DNA of 63,414 nucleotides, the filler included, from Lenisia limosa (lineage: Eukaryota; Protista; Breviatea), in NCBI GenBank assembly GCA_001655205.1. It is 9 parts of 9 records of this genome, joined end to end, with 100 filler letters (N's around TTAATTAATTAA, not from the genome) between each part and the next. Parts side by side here need not be neighbours in the genome. Positions count along the whole stretch, not along the records: positions 1 to 11,680 come from LPNZ01001430.1; positions 11,781 to 17,902 come from LPNZ01007527.1; 7 more parts are not named here. One strand, written 5' to 3'. Shown one piece after another: positions 1-13,187 of this stretch. Below the pieces are notes generated by a model. That model was not told the origin of the DNA and ran no database searches. It saw nothing but the letters and a program-made list of their open reading frames with translations. The position numbers and the translations under genes are program-made. Within the stretch, counting starts at the first letter, position 1; each line of letters opens with the position of its first letter.

Positions 1-1574
1 CAATTTGCTACGGGATTTTTTTAAAGAAAATTGGTCAAGACTTATCCCGATCACTGTATATAATTCAGAGAGAGAGAGGTGGAGCAGATACATTCCCTTC
101 GGTCCCAAAAAAGACCGGTTAAATATCGATATTTTACGAAGATTTATCTAGACATCAGTCTTTTTTGGGACCTTCACTTTATCTTTTTCTCACAATTCTA
201 GTTTCCTCTTTCTTTTTGTTTCCTCACTTTTTTTTTTTAGTTTTTTTTATTACATTTATTCTTTTTGTTCACAACGCAGTCACTGTTGCTGGGTCGAAGC
301 TTCAAGTCGCCCATGCCATGGAGGCAATCGCAGTCAAAATGCAGGAGGGCGGCCTTGGCGCATCCGTGGGAGGGGGGTGTATCATGAAGTGCTTCCAGCA
401 CGCTTTCGTTTGGAATCCCGTTTTAATTTTCCTCACTTTTTAGGGCACTTTTGCATAGAACCTACTCTAAGCGTTTCTTTTTTTTTTTGTAATACAGTGT
501 ACTAAGGTAAACCTATGATGCCGGGGTGTGCTGCCGTTTACATATGATAGGGTATTTGTGGTACGTATGTGTCCATATGATATGTGTCTAATACATGCAT
601 GCGAGCTCTTTTTATTATGTTGCGTGGAGATACTATACTACTCCTCCTATTATGTTTCCTATGTTATTTGGTGATCAATTCCTGTGTAAAAGTAAAGCGA
701 GCCACGAGCCGAATCTCCTGGCAAATATTACTCAAAATAGTGAAAATATTGGAGAAATGTGTAAAATGGAAAAGTGGAATATTCTCAATATCGTAGCTAT
801 TTGTCACCAAAATTCACTTTCTCCTTCACCCCTCCGCGTCTTTTACCATTCAACATCTAGGCAATTGCAAACCAAAAAAGGTCTTGATCATCATATCATC
901 AAAACAATAATTAGCGTTCTACCTGTCCCCATCGCCCATCAATCTCTTTATAATATTCCCCAAAGGCAAGTTACTGCTACTGGATTAATGCTAACTTAAG
1001 AATACATTTCAAAAGACCTACCGTAGGAAGCAAAGTTGTCCATTTTTGACAGACATACCATTACAAGTTGCCTTATATGGTAAGACATCCGTTTACCTTA
1101 TGTTTGTCTGGTTTCCCCCCTTACTCAAGGTTTTATTTAAGATATATCAGAATTGTCTGTTAAACTTAACGTAAAGCAGTGTTTTACCTTTAGTGAACTT
1201 ATTCAAGACCCACACCATCTCTCGTAGACCACTCTGCATCTTCTCTTTCTCTGTCATTGTATTATTCGGTCGCTTTGTTTTTTCTACGAAAACTCATAGA
1301 CCTCTAAAAGCCTATATCCCCATATCCATATTCAATGGACCCTTATATCGGCCTTATTACATCATATTACCACCAGGTGGCTAGCCCTGAGCTTCAAAGA
1401 GACCTTTCTATTTTCATTGTTTGCTGTGGATGAGATTTATATCGCGATAGTGTTACTAAGACCCCTGATTAACTGATCACAGACGTATTAATACATCTCA
1501 TCTATTGGTCACTTACATGAATCTTAATTTTTCAAATCACACTTATTTGTACATCTCTATTTTACAAATCACAG

Positions 1575-4500
1575 ATCGGCGTCTTTGTTGGCGCTTTGTG
1601 GATCTCTGTTGGGCTCTTTTGCCGCAGAAGTGAGTGTTTTATGGTGAAGAAGAAGCTATCATTTCATTTTCAAATTTCAACTTCATATAAACAACCCTCT
1701 CCCTATGTCATCTTCACAATTATTACAATTACAATGCCATCTTCACAATTATTACAATTATTATGCCATATTCACAATTACAGCCTTGTGGCAGCTATTA
1801 AGAGACACATCCCTCTCATCTGTCAAAAGACTTCCCTACATCTCAAGGAAAATCGCGGAAAAGAAAGCCAAGGTACATGGTGTACACTATGATCACTCCA
1901 AATGCTGGGCGAAATGTCTAAAAGTGAATTGAGAATTTTGGATTAAGATAAAGGAAATAGAATTTAGAATTGGTAGGATATCTTTCATTCAGATTAATAT
2001 ATATATATTTATATAATATATATATATATACATGTATATATCTGATATATATATACTATATCATATGTGTATATACACTAAAAATAAAGCAATATCCGTA
2101 TTACGACTTATAGCGGTCAGTGTTAGTGTATAATATACTATATTTACGGTTCAGTTTCTTGACCAACTACCCGGACCCAAAGGAGTTCGAAGGAACTGCC
2201 TGCCGCCAGGTATGTAGCTTATATTAATATCTCAATATATCCCAATGTATAATATACCAAGCTATGTACCACCCTTATTACATCTGTTAATTCAATGATT
2301 AGCTGCTCTATTATTCCATTGTTAACTTTCAATTAAACCCGAATATTAACTTAATGTTGTCATGTTTTTGAACTTTGAACTAAGTCCTCTACCACACACT
2401 TGCCCAAATGTAATACTTTCATTCACAATACCAATACTAAATACATAATATTATATAAACCCCAAATTTGATTGTTTCAGTTGGGCTTCGAGATGACGAA
2501 ATCATTGAAATGTTACAACAGGATCGTGACCAGGACAGGCAAAGTTGTGATATAGATAAAGGTTAGAGGGGCTGAAAATGGAAACTCTGAATAAAAAATA
2601 GCGCAAAACTACATTGATATGCTAGCTTGCTAAAACACACGGGAATTGAAAGCATAAACCAATAATTGGTGCTTTTGATGAAGGAAGGAATCCCAAATAC
2701 TACTCATGTGCTAAATTGAGCAATCTTCTGCAAAAAAGATTGTCCTCCAATTCAAGTTCAAAGTTTAATTAATCTAATTTGAGCAATAAATAATATTCTG
2801 GTAGTCGAATAAAACCATCATTTCCCAGGTCATGCATTTGGTTACGTTTACGGTTTCGAAGAACACAGTAAATTCCTCTGTAAAGTCTACACTATGTTCT
2901 CTGACACGAACCCCCTGCATACTAACGCCTTTCCTTGTAAGTAGGAAGTAAGACACTATTACGGCGCATCTACTGGGAATTCTTTTGACACAGTTGGGAA
3001 TCCCATTTTTATTATTATTATTGTTATATCCCATGAAATTAGTCTTTGAAACTGAAAATATATATATAATTCCCGTATAAAATAGGAATTACTCAGAAGC
3101 CACAATCAAAACACCATTTATAAGTAAACGTGCCTTTGTTCTTCATGAAGCCTTATAAATGTACCTTTGTTCTCCATTAAGCCTTGTAAATGTGCCTTAT
3201 TTCTTTTCCTCTTGGTAACTCACTGAAAAGGCATCCAAAGAATGGAGGCCGATGTAGTTCGAATGACTGCCGATATGCTTGGTGCACGAGTGGGGGGTAC
3301 TGAATTTATATTTACTGAAAGGTCACGTCTTATACAACGGTCATCGAATTTCTCTAACTAGACAAGGAAGGAGAGGTTGTCGGTACAATGACTTCAGGAG
3401 GTACTGAAAGCCTCTTATTGGCGGTCAAAGTAGGCTTTCTACACTACGGAGCATTGACTTGGTATTCTTTGATTAAGATGGTACAGTAATATTATTAAAT
3501 TATGGATATGGATATGGTACTACTAAATACCAAGTTGATGCGCCGTATTTCTTCGTACAAAATCGGATTGTTTGTATTTGTCTTTCATTTAATTATGATA
3601 CATTTGTTGATGATTTATTTTCCAAGGCTATGAGGGACTATGCCAGATCAAAGTGGCCTTACATTATTAACCCTGAAATGTGAGGTTGCTATATGTTTAC
3701 CCATATCCACTAGTGATATGATCATATATATGGAGATAACCCGAGCAATCATCCCCAGTATCATTGAGACTTTTTGGTCAATTATTATTGGGCAAAGCCT
3801 TCAATAATTCGCATATTATATTCTCAATTCACGCAACTTTTCCAGTTTGTTATCAATTCACACGTGCTTTATATTTAGAGTGACACCGTCATCAATCCAC
3901 GTCGGATTCGACAAGGCGGGTCAGTATTTTGGAGTGAAAATCGTACATGTCCATGTGGCCAAGGATTTCAGGTGAGGGTCGGATAGGATATAATTTGGGG
4001 AGTTCCAAGTAAGACGAAACTGCTACAGTAATTTCGAAAAACGTAAATTCCACGATAAATCCTTGAATAATATCGATAAAAAAAAAATGCAATTTTTTTT
4101 TATTATATATGCTATCTGTTTGAATTGTAGTAACAAGGGCTTTCCTTGGGTCCCAAACAGACTGAATATCTATTGATTTGATATTATCACGGTCTTGTAA
4201 TACCACGATAGAGCTGATGCTGTTGCTATGAGAAAAGCAATCAACTGGAAGACAATCGGGATTGCTTGCTCTGCTCCTGGCTACCCCCATGTACGAGGAA
4301 GGGTAAAGAGTGACAATAATAAAAATTTGATATGTCTGTGATGATGTTAGCGATAATGATGGTGATGGTGATTTTGATGATGGTGATTTTGGTGATGGTG
4401 ATGATGGTGATACTGATGTCTATTCTGCATGTGTTTATTGTTCACAAAACAGGACATTTTATTTGAGTTTGATGTTCTCTCATGAGAATTAATTTTCCGC

Positions 4501-7500
4501 TATTTTGCTTACAAAACAGCAAGTAGTTGATCCGGTGAATTCTTTGGCAACATTAGCAGTTGAGGTATGCTCTTTGGGACATATTTTGGCTGATTTTCTT
4601 CTTAGAAAGGCTTGCCATTCCACGTAGACGCATGTTTAGGCGGTTTTATTCTTCCATGGGCACAGAGGGGGGTGACAGCCACACCTCCTTTCGATTTTTC
4701 AATGTGGGGGCATTTTGTCTATCTTGGAATTCTACTGTTTCAGAGATCGGGGGTAAGGTTTTGGTTTAGATGTACCTATATATTTGCTATAATATGTATC
4801 ATATGATATCAAATTATGATCTATGCATTTCATTTCTAAAAGTAATTCATTTGATACATATGATCATATACTACACCGACCAATAAGTACATATTAAGGT
4901 ACATAGTATCTATTATTGTTTAATCAATCGTATCAGGACTTGTTACACTCATGTACATTTTTTGAGTTATTAACAAAACAGTCCTGGGGTTACGAGTATG
5001 TCTGCTGATGTCCACAAATTTGGCTTTTCGCTCAAGGGTGCGAGTGTGGTATGACGGTGTGAAATTCCAATAAATTTCTAGACTATTCTTATTCATTTCA
5101 CTGGCACATTGACGAGATTTACAGGTGCTATACACTACTCTCCATTTGTATACATTACAATGCATCTACAGTGCATTGACTTTGGATTCTCATTACAATA
5201 TTGAGATATCCATTAATTTTCATTGGAATTCCAAGTCGATGTGCGTAATGCATAGTAATGTGTAAAAATGCAGAGTAGTGTATAGCACCTGTAAATCTCG
5301 TCAATGTGCCTTAGTATTCACCCCGTTATTAGAAGTTCTTTCCAATCACCCTTACAGATAATGTACCGAAAGTCTTCAGATCTCTTTCCCCACCAAGTGG
5401 GTTGATTATCATATTGTTAGATCTCCGTGCAATTAAGTTTTTTAAGAAATTAATTGACAAATTTTGAAACTAAAAGTGTCTGAAATGGAGTCCCAAGATG
5501 TATCCCTTCAAATTTGCAAATAATTTTTCTAATTTCACGGAGTCATGGGATATTGGAGTTTTTAATGCCAACTTAATGATATTGACATCTTCTTTAAGAA
5601 TGAAATATTACACTGTCATATTTTCAGTACTTTACGGCGAACTGATTTGGGATTCTATGAAATAGTTAGAATTACTATTATTTACATGGGAATCCCACCA
5701 AATTAGGTGGGAATACAAAGAAATTTGATCAAGTCCCAAACACTATATTTGGAAACCGAAGTCGATGTGCCTTGGTGTGGCATGTCTTGGAGATCTAAAG
5801 CCAAATGTTGTAAAATCAGAATATGAAGTCAATCAAGATTCCGAATTAACTATCTAGTGCTTCAGCTATCCAGATTGGAGCGGTGGCCTCTATGCCTCTC
5901 CAACTATCCCCGGGTCTAGACCGGGTATGACTGGGAGAGAGCGATAAATGAATACCTTTGACATGTTCAATAACCCGATAACAATAATTCTGATATGATT
6001 TGACATACTTATCAGGACTTATCTCGGTCAGTGTCACATGTATCTTTAAATAACATATATAATAACATATGTTATGTCGGTAAAACAGTCATCGTTTTCT
6101 ATATCTCCGTGTATATTTTTGTAAAACATGTATTTCTGCAGTAACGCTCAAGCTTGACTGATATGAATGTATACTATGATGTAGCTATATTTATGATGTT
6201 TCTATTAACGATCAAGGCGGACTGATTGCGGCGGCATGGGCTAGTATGATGAGACTTGGAGCAGATGGGTTAGAGGGGTGCTGGTTGGGTGGAGTGGTTA
6301 TGGGGTGATGATGAATGATGAATTTAAAATGCAAAATAAAATATATTAAATTGGTGGGGTGCTGACTGTGGAGTGTGGTGAACATTATAGTATACATAGT
6401 TTATCTATACTATATGAGGTTTCAAATAAATTCAAACTTTTAGAAAATTTTGCCCAAAATTTGGGATAATCCCAACAGATACCGCGCAATCTGCCAGGAA
6501 ATCCAGGCAGCAGCAGATCGAATAGAACAGGGTATTTGCAACATTGACGGACTTTATATACATGGTTCACCTCAGGGGCCAGGTATGACACCTTTACGAA
6601 TTCTTCCTAAGATTGTATTGTTTGTACTGACTTTTGAATGAAAGTGTTTGGATTTCCATTATTGACATGGGAATTCGATGTGATTTTGTGGAAATTTGAA
6701 GTATTTTATAATATTCCCAATAGGAATTCCAAGTCAATAGCCCGAACACATCCCAGGATGTTTATTATACTTAATACTCATAATTGTAATACCCAGAAAA
6801 AAATAATTAATCTAACTTTGACTGACGGATAGATACTCAGAACCATATATTACCTAATCCATAGCATCTAACGAATTTAGCATAACACATATGATATTCA
6901 TATTACATGTATAACCCATCATAAACCTGAGTCCCAAGATTTATTTCCCAGGAATGAGCATTGGATCAAAAGAGGTAGACATTTACACCGTCGCTGATCT
7001 GATGCAAAAGTAGTATGGCTGAACTGTTACTTTATTGACCTGTTTTACCAAAGTTAAGCTCTATTTCGAGAGTCATATTCCCAAAAGCCCCCTTTTAGAC
7101 ACGTTAATTTCGAAATTTGGTTAGTTTTCCCAAAAATGCAACAAACATTAATAACACTGAGTTTTAGCACCGCCACTGCCACCTCACGTCATCTCCACAC
7201 TATTCTAACAAACACATGAACAGTCATACGATCATGTCACTTGTAGATATTGGATAAGTGTCAACTTACTCACATACAGGAATTTTACCTAAATTTGTGT
7301 AAGTAAAATTGTAAAAACCATTTTGGTTAAGACTTAGAAAAAATAAGGTTACTATACTATCAAACACAGGAACAATCTCACTCTCAAATCATTCGGGATA
7401 TTGAATATTTTCAACTTTTTATCAAACACAGAAATGGCTGGCAACTTGAGAGACAGCAATTTCCACCAGGTAAGAAGAGGCAAAACTACGTTAGAATGCA

Positions 7501-9684
7501 GAGATGTGAAGTGATAAATACTTGATAGGTGAAATTGAGCTTTTGCAAATATAGTGAGTGCGAGTGTACATAAACATGAAGGTAAAACTTCAAATATGTC
7601 AGAATATACACTTGCATATATGTATAAGCAACACAATAAAAAATGTCTTGTGAAAACAGCAATTTCACTCCGGTATGAAGAGGACAATTTCCATGAAAGC
7701 ATACATGTATATGGATACATAGAAGGATAGAGTTATGACAAGGTGTCGAAAACCATCAAAATTGGGGTATGAAGAGGTAATTTGTATAACATCAACTATT
7801 GGGGAGGCATGCAGAAAGCTGTCTGCACAGAGTTGTCAGGCAAATGATTGGGTTAATTAATATTGTACTATAACTCTTCAGCCTGCTACAACCTTATTTT
7901 TTCTATTTCTGTATTCTTTAAAAATACACAGAGTGACAGTGATAAGTCCTGACACTTGACCCTTCCCCAAGGTATTCATTTAACTGTTACTGCGCGCCAC
8001 ATGAACCCTGAAGTCACTAACACTTTCCTTTCGGATATGCTGATCGCTGTAAATGAAGCAAGAAGGTCTAAAGGTATGTATGAACATGTATGTACATGAA
8101 TACTGTTAAATACATACTGTTAAATAAGTTATATGGAATACGGCGACTCTATTTAGTCACCAACGCTTATTGCTTCTTTACATAAGATACAAGAGATGAG
8201 AAATGCAACTAATTTTACCTTACCCCATCACTCAATTTCAGCCTCAAACAGTAATCTTCATTAAAATTCACATTTTATATCATTAATTTACATCTGATCA
8301 TTTAACTTATTATTAGTAATTATGTAACTCAATTTTGCAATCTCAATTTCTGCAATCTCAAATTCTGCAACCTCAAATTCTTTTAACTTGATGTAGAGCC
8401 AATTGAAGGGGGCAGCGCTCCAATGTACGGACAAGCCGCGAGTATTCCTGATAGGTACTGCGGTCGTATTCCAACCTATGGATCTTTATGATCCTAGATT
8501 CAATTGAGACTTTACTTCAAAAGAAAACTAGAGATTCACTTTGGTATAAGACATAATTTTTTGAAAAATTCTCGTCACTTCAGTGCATTGACCGAGAATT
8601 CCCAGCAATGTTGGGAAAATAATAAATTACTTTTTTCTATAGTCACATAGGATTCCTATGTTCAATAGAAATCCAACTTTTTCACTCTGTCAATTATACA
8701 TGAATATCCATATCATATCAATCTTCGTGAAATTCAGTTTTTTTCGTGACCCCTCTCATTTACCCCAATACTTGCGGTGCTGTGGAGGTGACAGGTCAAA
8801 ACTATTTCTGTTTTGTTATTATCAGTCATCATATTTGATTGTGGGCTTTGTTTTGTTTCAATTGTCAAAATTTACCCCCCCCCCCCNNNNNNNNNNNNNN
8901 NNNNNNNNNNNNNNNNNNNNNNNNNNNNNNNNNNNNNNNNNNNNNNNNNNNNNNNNNNNNNNNNNNNNNNNNNNNNNNNNNNNNNNNNNNNNNNNNNNNN
9001 NNNNNNNNNNNNNNNNNNNNNNNNNNNNNNNNNNNNNNNNNNNNNNNNNNNNNNNNNNNNNNNNNNNNNNNNNNNNNNNNNNNNNNNNNNNNNNNNNNNN
9101 NNNNNNNNNNATTGATATACACCGGGATAAGACCGCTTTTTTTCGATTTCGTGAGGAAAATCGATCAAGACTTATCACAGTCACTGTATGTACTATATCA
9201 TATGATATACTGTAATCAGTATTACGATGATCCTGTTTTATTTCTCTTATGAGCATGGTGTGGATTCGTCCAAATGAAAATTTGTTTTATTTTTCGTATT
9301 TGTTTTATTTCTCGGTCCTGGAGAAGAGGGTAATTTTCCCTGTTTTACTCGAATTGTCTCAAGGAGTGTAGGAAAAGTAAAGGCGAAATGAAAGTTATAA
9401 ATGCCAGGGTAAAAATGAAAGTTTTTTCTGCCCTGACCAGGACTGAGTTCAAAGAATATGGAACACAATTCAAACGAAAATGAGCTCAAACACAAACCGA
9501 CAGATCTATTGTAATAAACCTGTTGATGCTGTATCATATGCAATGTAAACCTCCACCTCGAGCCGGAGTGAAGCCCAATGTATATGTCAATGAACTCTGT
9601 GTGTTGTCAATACTGTCAACTCTGGTGTATGGCAATGCTGTCAACTCTCTATATAGTAAAAAATTGTTGGCCAGAAGTTTGTGA
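1575..9684 (+). CDS. SGPL1: Sphingosine-1-phosphate lyase (PLP-dependent, group II decarboxylase fold), at least 20 exons; first exon not identified
   Basis: Manually spliced GT-AG exons include 1575-1629 (TM IGVFVGALWISVGLF), 1784-1872, 2155-2209, 2481-2561, 2829-2936 (GYVY..TNPLHTNAFP), 3231-3296, 3362-3429 (MTSGGTESLLLAVK), 3627-3679, 3879-3971 (HVGFDKAGQYFG), 4212-4290 (CSAPGYPH), 4520-4564, ~4605-4704 (FHVDACLGGFILP), 4982-5048 (SADVHKFG, PLP lysine), 5358-5396, 5858-5924 (DWSGGLYASPTIPGSRP), 6217-6268, 6479-6582, 6952-7009, 7432-7469, 7972-8073, 8397-8454 (YGQAASIPDR) and a probable last exon 9504-9684 (SIV...TGA). Confidence 0.92.
9120..9186. mobile_element. Mini-MITE related to the Tc1-like ends (CAGTGAC subfamily)
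   Basis: TA|CACCGGGATAAGAC...GACTTATCACAGTCACTG|TA. Solo right ends of the same family occur at ~31-57, ~11385-11412, ~12764-12786 and ~29453-29486. Confidence 0.7.
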
Positions 9685-10272
9685 ATAAAAGAGGGGTCAG
9701 AAAAAGTGCTTTGAAGGGAATGAAGCGCCTAAATAGCATTAGGTACAAGTGTTCCCCCAGAAAACTATACTTTACAACTTTTCCCCAAAAAAAACGCAAA
9801 CAGAAGGAACAGAAGGAAAAAAGGAAGAAGACAAAGAAAAAGAGCAAAAGAGGCAGAAAAAAGGATTGAGAAAAAACGTGGAGAAAACCGAGAGAAAGCC
9901 ACTGAGGAGATTCTAAATTGACGAAATAGAATCCTACACGCGGCTCTTCTCCCTCTCTCTTTGGCGCAATGTCAGGTTTGTTAACATATGGCTATTTTCG
10001 AACTGGGTTTCCTGTTTCCCTGAGAAACTATATCCTCCATTATAAATACACACTGATGATCTATGTGCAATTCGAATGGAGAGTAATTTTTAAGTATTAA
10101 TTGTAAAGACAGGTGGGTCACTTAATTTAAATTGCAGATATATTGAGGGCTTAGTTCTTGACCAATATGAATCAGATATATAAAGGGTGTAATATGATAC
10201 TCTACATTTTTTCGACTATTATTTTGACCATAATACTAACAGCCATTCTTCACCGTTATTGACCATTAATAA

Positions 10273-10369
10273 GGGTTTCACTTCGGTTCGGAAAAATCAA
10301 GAAAAATATCGATAGTTTTCGAGAATTTATCGAGAATTTTAGTTTTTTTTTCGAACCGAAGTGAAGCAC
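10273..10369. mobile_element. 97-bp palindromic MITE copy
   Basis: GGGTTTCACTTCGGTTCG...CGAACCGAAGTGAAGCAC, same core. Confidence 0.8.
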
Positions 10370-10502
10370 TACTATTAATGATAGTATTTTGACTCTTTCT
10401 AGCACCCCCCCCCCCCNNNNNNNNNNNNNNNNNNNNNNNNNNNNNNNNNNNNNNNNNNNNNNNNNNNNNNNNNNNNNNNNNNNNNNNNNNNNNNNNNNNN
10501 NN

Positions 10503-10590
10503 TTTCATCGTTATTGTCATCGTTATTGTCATCAATATTTTCATCATTATTTTCATCATTATTTTCATCGTAATTGTCATTATTTTCATC
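10503..10590. repeat. 12-bp minisatellite (TTTTCATCATTA-like), left array
   Basis: About 7 degenerate units immediately after an N gap. Confidence 0.85.
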
Positions 10591-10689
10591 ATATGCCCAT
10601 GGAATATTTTTTTGGCATCATTTTCCCTGGGGCTTTTATCATTTTTCGGGAAAATTATGAAAAAATGATAAAACTCCCTGGGATGGAGG

Positions 10690-11100
10690 ATGAGGAGCGT
10701 AGTAAGACGAAGGAGTGGGAGGTTTATAGCCTTGGAAGCATTGCGGTGAGCATAACCCTTGTGCTTGATGTAGCATTCAGTGGACTTGGTGTGCTTGTGA
10801 CCAATCGGAAATGTCGCCTTCAGCTTCAGAAACATACTCGACCATAGCTTCTTTGACAACCTAATAAAAAAATGGAACACTTAATGAGTAAATAAAAACA
10901 ACGAATCTCATACCAACCTTAGTAGTGACGTTGAAATTGATTGAAAAGTGGGCAGTAAAAAGACGCACGAGGTACTTGCTGAAGGAGTTCTTTCCGACAG
11001 GAATAGCCTTGTACCCGTCTTATTCCCATGAAGTCAGAGGAGAAAGGAAGAAGGGGGTGTTGGAAGTGACGTTGGGGTTCTTCTTGACATCGTTGACGTA
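10690..11100 (-). mobile_element. Degenerate tyrosine-recombinase (Crypton/DUF3504-like) C-terminal remnant
   Basis: Minus strand reads TPFFLSPLTSWE*DGYKAIPVGKNSFSKYL, then VVKEAM..., then in a shifted frame GHKHTKSTECYIK. These resemble PFYL..WY..P(V/L)GKN and GH.S.....Y of Crypton-type recombinases. It has an in-frame TAA and a frameshift, and no HxxR motif is seen. Confidence 0.4.
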
Positions 11101-11115
11101 CTGAGTGATGTGGTC

Positions 11116-11230
11116 ATCATTATTTTCATCATTATTTTCATCGTTATTGTCATTATTTTCAGCATTATTTTCAGCATTATTTTCATAATTATTTTCATAA
11201 CTATTTTCATCATTATTTTCATCATTATTT
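11116..11230. repeat. 12-bp minisatellite (TTTTCATCATTA-like), right array
   Basis: About 9 units; reads (NDEN)n on the minus strand. Confidence 0.85.
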
Positions 11231-11680
11231 TGACCCGTTCTAGCCAGTAATGTGCGGGTGTTTGTTATTGCCGTCTTCATCTTCGCCTGCATCCCCCCAA
11301 TCTATTTCCTTGTCAACTCAGCGGTAGGGGGAGCTTACAGGGAAAGGGCTAAGTCTTGGCCGATTTGCACTATAAAGTGATTTCCGAAGGAAAATCGGTG
11401 AAGACTTATCCAGGGTTTGTGGTCAATAAGATGGCAGGAGGCGGAATATGGAAGGATTATATCATGGGGAGATGGAGCATGTAAGCTTTTCCAAAATACA
11501 CGGGTGGGTGCCTCATCTTCGCATTCCATTTCGATGTTCTAAATGCAGCAATTTACACCCCCGTCTTATTCGTTTTACTCTCCTCCCGCTCTCCCACACA
11601 CATCAACTCTTCATTGACATTCCTGCTCTTTGTACCCCCTCCCACAGTTAATAATTTTAACTCGTTGAAAACCCATCTTA

Positions 11681-11780
11681 NNNNNNNNNNNNNNNNNNNN
11701 NNNNNNNNNNNNNNNNNNNNNNNNTTAATTAATTAANNNNNNNNNNNNNNNNNNNNNNNNNNNNNNNNNNNNNNNNNNNN
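11681..11780. other. Artificial contig spacer N44-TTAATTAATTAA-N44 (first of eight)
   Basis: Identical 100-bp construct with the 12-mer at 11725, 17947, 28647, 30475, 55765, 57089, 58459 and 62223. It has stops in all six frames. Confidence 0.97.
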
Positions 11781-13028
11781 CACCGAAGATATCCCGGATA
11801 TCATGGGGTCTCACTTCATCGCAAGGTCAAGTTCTAAGGTGGTGTGGGTAATTTCATAAATCTGATTAAAAAAAATTTGAAGATAGGTGGGGGGGGGTGC
11901 AATAGTAACAGTATATAATGGGACATTGTCTCGCCATGATTTCGGTTGAAGGGAATGTTAAACTGATACATATCAGATGTACACTTGAGAGTCTTCAATA
12001 TGTTATTCATGTCCCGCTTTACATACTAAGACGCTTCAATCTGTTATTCACGTCACTTTAGATCATGTCTGCGCCCTCCAGCCCCTCAATTGGACGAGCG
12101 AACCCTCACGCTTCCAATACCAAAATCTTGACCCCCTACCTTTCCGATAATTCTGCTAAAAACAGAGGGCTGAATGTGGGCATGATAATGTGAAATTATG
12201 AAGGGGGATATGTCTGGACGAAGCCGCTCATAGCTTATTGATGGTACTTGTATTTGTTTCAATCAATTCCCTATCTATCTCCACTAAGGCTTCCCTGCGG
12301 TCCGAAAAAGACCATTTAAATCGATATTTATCGAGGATTTATCGAGATATTCAGTACAACTTGCTTCATGTCTCCTACACTTCATGCATTTCTTACACTG
12401 TAGTTATGGCTGGTAGTATTTACTGGAACGCCAGTTCTCCCCCCTCAGGTGAGCTATCACTCCTTGAAATTGACATACCCATCTGTAGTTTACACTCTTT
12501 TGACCAATTTGTTTTCTCTTTTTGGTATGTTTGTCACACACTCAAATAAACCTTCTATTTACCCCCCCCCCTCCAGTCGCACCACGGGATCCCACTGATC
12601 GTCTCTCCGAGCCTCGCAGCCCTCCCGGTATCCCCAACCGTCATCAAATCTCAAGGCGGAAGCAGATCCCTGCCGTCAGGGTGTATAGCGCTGGTGGAGG
12701 GGGGGGGGGTACAGTGATCGAGAGAAGTCTTGACCAATTTTCCTTGGGAATTCATAGCAAGTCGGACAAGACTTATCCCGGTCACTATATTATACATATT
12801 ATATTATGTGGGGTGGCCTTGATCATCTCCTCACCCGATCAACTCTGTTTCTGCCGTTTTCTGCGGATGTTTCGTGTGGTCAACAGCTGGATCTATATGA
12901 TCTTAGATTCTACAGACTTTACTGCAAAAAACAACTTACCTCACCCCCCCCCCCAGACGTTTGTAGATTCAGACGAGTCATGGACGTCACGCGGCGGCGA
13001 TGGTGCGCTCTTCTCTGTTGAAGTCTAG
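11781..13028 (+). CDS. 3' exons of an unassigned multi-exon gene
   Basis: Exon-like segments with acceptor/donor sites at ~12403-12449 (MAGSIYWNASSPPS), ~12577-12680, and a terminal exon ~12957-13028 (TFVDSDESWTSRGGDGALFSVEV*). No motif recognised. Confidence 0.3.
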
Positions 13029-13187
13029 TTAATGTTGTTTCTTAGGTCCTGTATACTGTGTCTTTCTTGTTAATCCTTCCTCAATTAATGTTTCTCTGCA
13101 TTAAAAGGTCAAGGAGTTGGAACTTTGAGAAACAAGTGTTTGAAAGAACTTCTCAGAACAGGAATGAGGAATGTTGTTTGTATAACC

